Shown piece after piece: positions 62,879 through 64,000 of a stretch of 64,000 nt of DNA. The notes below the pieces were generated by a model that saw only the letters and a list, made by a program, of their open reading frames with translations, was not told the DNA's origin and searched no databases. Numbering within the stretch: the first letter of the stretch is position 1; every line of letters starts with the position of its first letter. The DNA comes from Patellaria atrata CBS 101060 (Eukaryota): positions 553,557 to 617,556 of the forward strand of contig MU006093.1 of assembly GCA_010093705.1 (NCBI GenBank), given 5' to 3'. The position numbers and the translations under genes are program-made.

Positions 62879-63041
62879 ACCCCCGGGAGTAGCTCAGTGG
62901 AAGCGCCACTGGGCAACATCGACAGCCCCGGGGGTCGACTCCTCAAGGGGGCAAATAGCCCCCATACCTCGGGCCCATTTGGGGCAGCAGATGTACCACG
63001 TCGTCTTCGGAGGGCGTGGGAACTGTTTTGCTTCTTTTTTT
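62879..63041 (+). ncRNA. Putative RNA polymerase III structured ncRNA or tRNA-derived SINE-like unit (~160 nt)
   Basis: TTATATA at 62846-62852; A box TAGCTCAGTGG at 62890-62900; B-box-like GGGTCGACTCC at 62932-62942; four hairpins including a C(UUCG)G loop at 63005-63010; T7 at 63035-63041. Confidence 0.6.
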
Positions 63042-63370
63042 ATTCAAACATTTATGTTATGCATAGAGTGGATGCGCGATGCTTTTTGCAGGTTCGAGTA
63101 CTGACGTAAGCGTTATATGTATGGCTTGGGGATTATGGACACGAAGTGGGTGAAAAATATATAAGTCGAAAATATGTTACTATTGATTTATACAAGATAA
63201 TTATTATATAGACAATACCTCCTAAAGATCTTGCATTAGGACTCGTAGATTAGACAGTCCAATACAGATTCACTCACAAGATCCCAACCACCTCCCCTAA
63301 CTCCAATGACAAGACCAGAAAACTTCATTCCAAACCTTTGGACCCATTGTCCGCCCTCCCAATTATACCC

Positions 63371-63715
63371 TCACAACCCCATCCCAACCCCAGCAGCCAC
63401 AGCACCCCATCTAAGCAGTTCCTGCAACCCCACCGTCGCAGTCGGAGCCGCACCCGAACTCGTCGGCGTAACAGGTGCTCCGACCTCCGTATTTGCAGAT
63501 CTACTCGTTGTCGCTGGGCCTGGAGGTGCACTGGTACCCGTGCCAGGGAGCATCTCTGTGTTCGCGGTTCGCGATGTCACGGCCGGGGCGGAAGAGACGG
63601 AGCCGATGGTGGTTGGACCAGCGGACTCGGTGTTGGCGGTGCGGGTGGTGATGTCCTCTGCGTAGGCGGTTGTGAGGAGGGCGAGGACGGGGATCAGGAT
63701 CGTGAGGAGATACAT
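63371..63715 (-). CDS. Small secreted Ser/Thr-rich, probably GPI-anchored protein with three RxANTE repeats
   Basis: Signal peptide MYLLTILIPVLALLTTAYA; repeats TTRTANTE, TSRTANTE and TSRSANTE; C-terminal SSGAA plus hydrophobic tail. Confidence 0.8.
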   Translation of the reverse strand: MYLLTILIPVLALLTTAYAEDITTRTANTESAGPTTIGSVSSAPAVTSRTANTEMLPGTGTSAPPGPATTSRSANTEVGAPVTPTSSGAAPTATVGLQELLRWGAVAAGVGMGL

Positions 63716-64000
63716 AGTGTATGGTTTTTTTATGGGTGGTGGGTTGGTTCGATAGTGTTGAATGGATATAGAGCTCTCTGGTAGATTGTGGACGGTCAAT
63801 TGGGTGTTGAACAGAGCTCAGAGGGATATCTTCAGTTAATTGCAAGGGTTCGGTTTGTTGGAGGTTGGAGGGTGGTATGCGAGTCGGTTGGCTGGGAATC
63901 TAACACGGTATAAATATTCTCTGCATTCCCCTGAATATACTGGGCAGGCTCTGGTAGATTAGCGACGCTGTTACTTGACGTAGGTGGATCATCAGCATAT

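Noticed and set aside
62885..62953. Canonical tRNA gene
   Set aside because: A and B boxes are present, but the acceptor and anticodon stems do not pair and the T loop reads GTCGACT. Alternative hairpins are stronger.
62900..63031. HDV/CPEB3-like ribozyme (CTGGGCAACA and GGGGCAGCAG resemblance)
   Set aside because: I could not build the nested double pseudoknot (P1/P2/P3/P1.1) by hand.

Overview
Eukaryotic, intron-containing genomic DNA from a filamentous ascomycete (Pezizomycotina-like): short GT-AG introns with CTRAY branch points, a HET-domain gene and a Zn2Cys6 factor. I can support about 21 intact protein genes. Housekeeping genes include BIR1 (partial), TAM41, a Na+/H+ antiporter, a PDK1/Pkh kinase, a SWI/SNF BAF60 subunit, a UBE2G/Ubc7-family E2, a sterol glucosyltransferase and mitochondrial SerRS. 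Accessory genes include a HET gene, an atypical kinase, an RBR E3, a 2H phosphoesterase, a PARP-like ADP-ribosyltransferase/E2 fusion and a GH64. Three pseudogenes are present: a D-amino acid oxidase with one nonsense codon, an SDR with several stops, and a heavily decayed GHKL-ATPase (sacsin/NOV-like) relic that explains the ORF-poor 37-45 kb stretch. The most striking non-coding signal is an unannotated ~160-nt putative RNA polymerase III transcription unit at 62879-63041. It has an upstream TATA, A and B boxes, several GC-rich hairpins including a cUUCGg tetraloop, and a T7 terminator, but it does not fold as a tRNA. All family calls come from motif recognition by eye; no database search was run.
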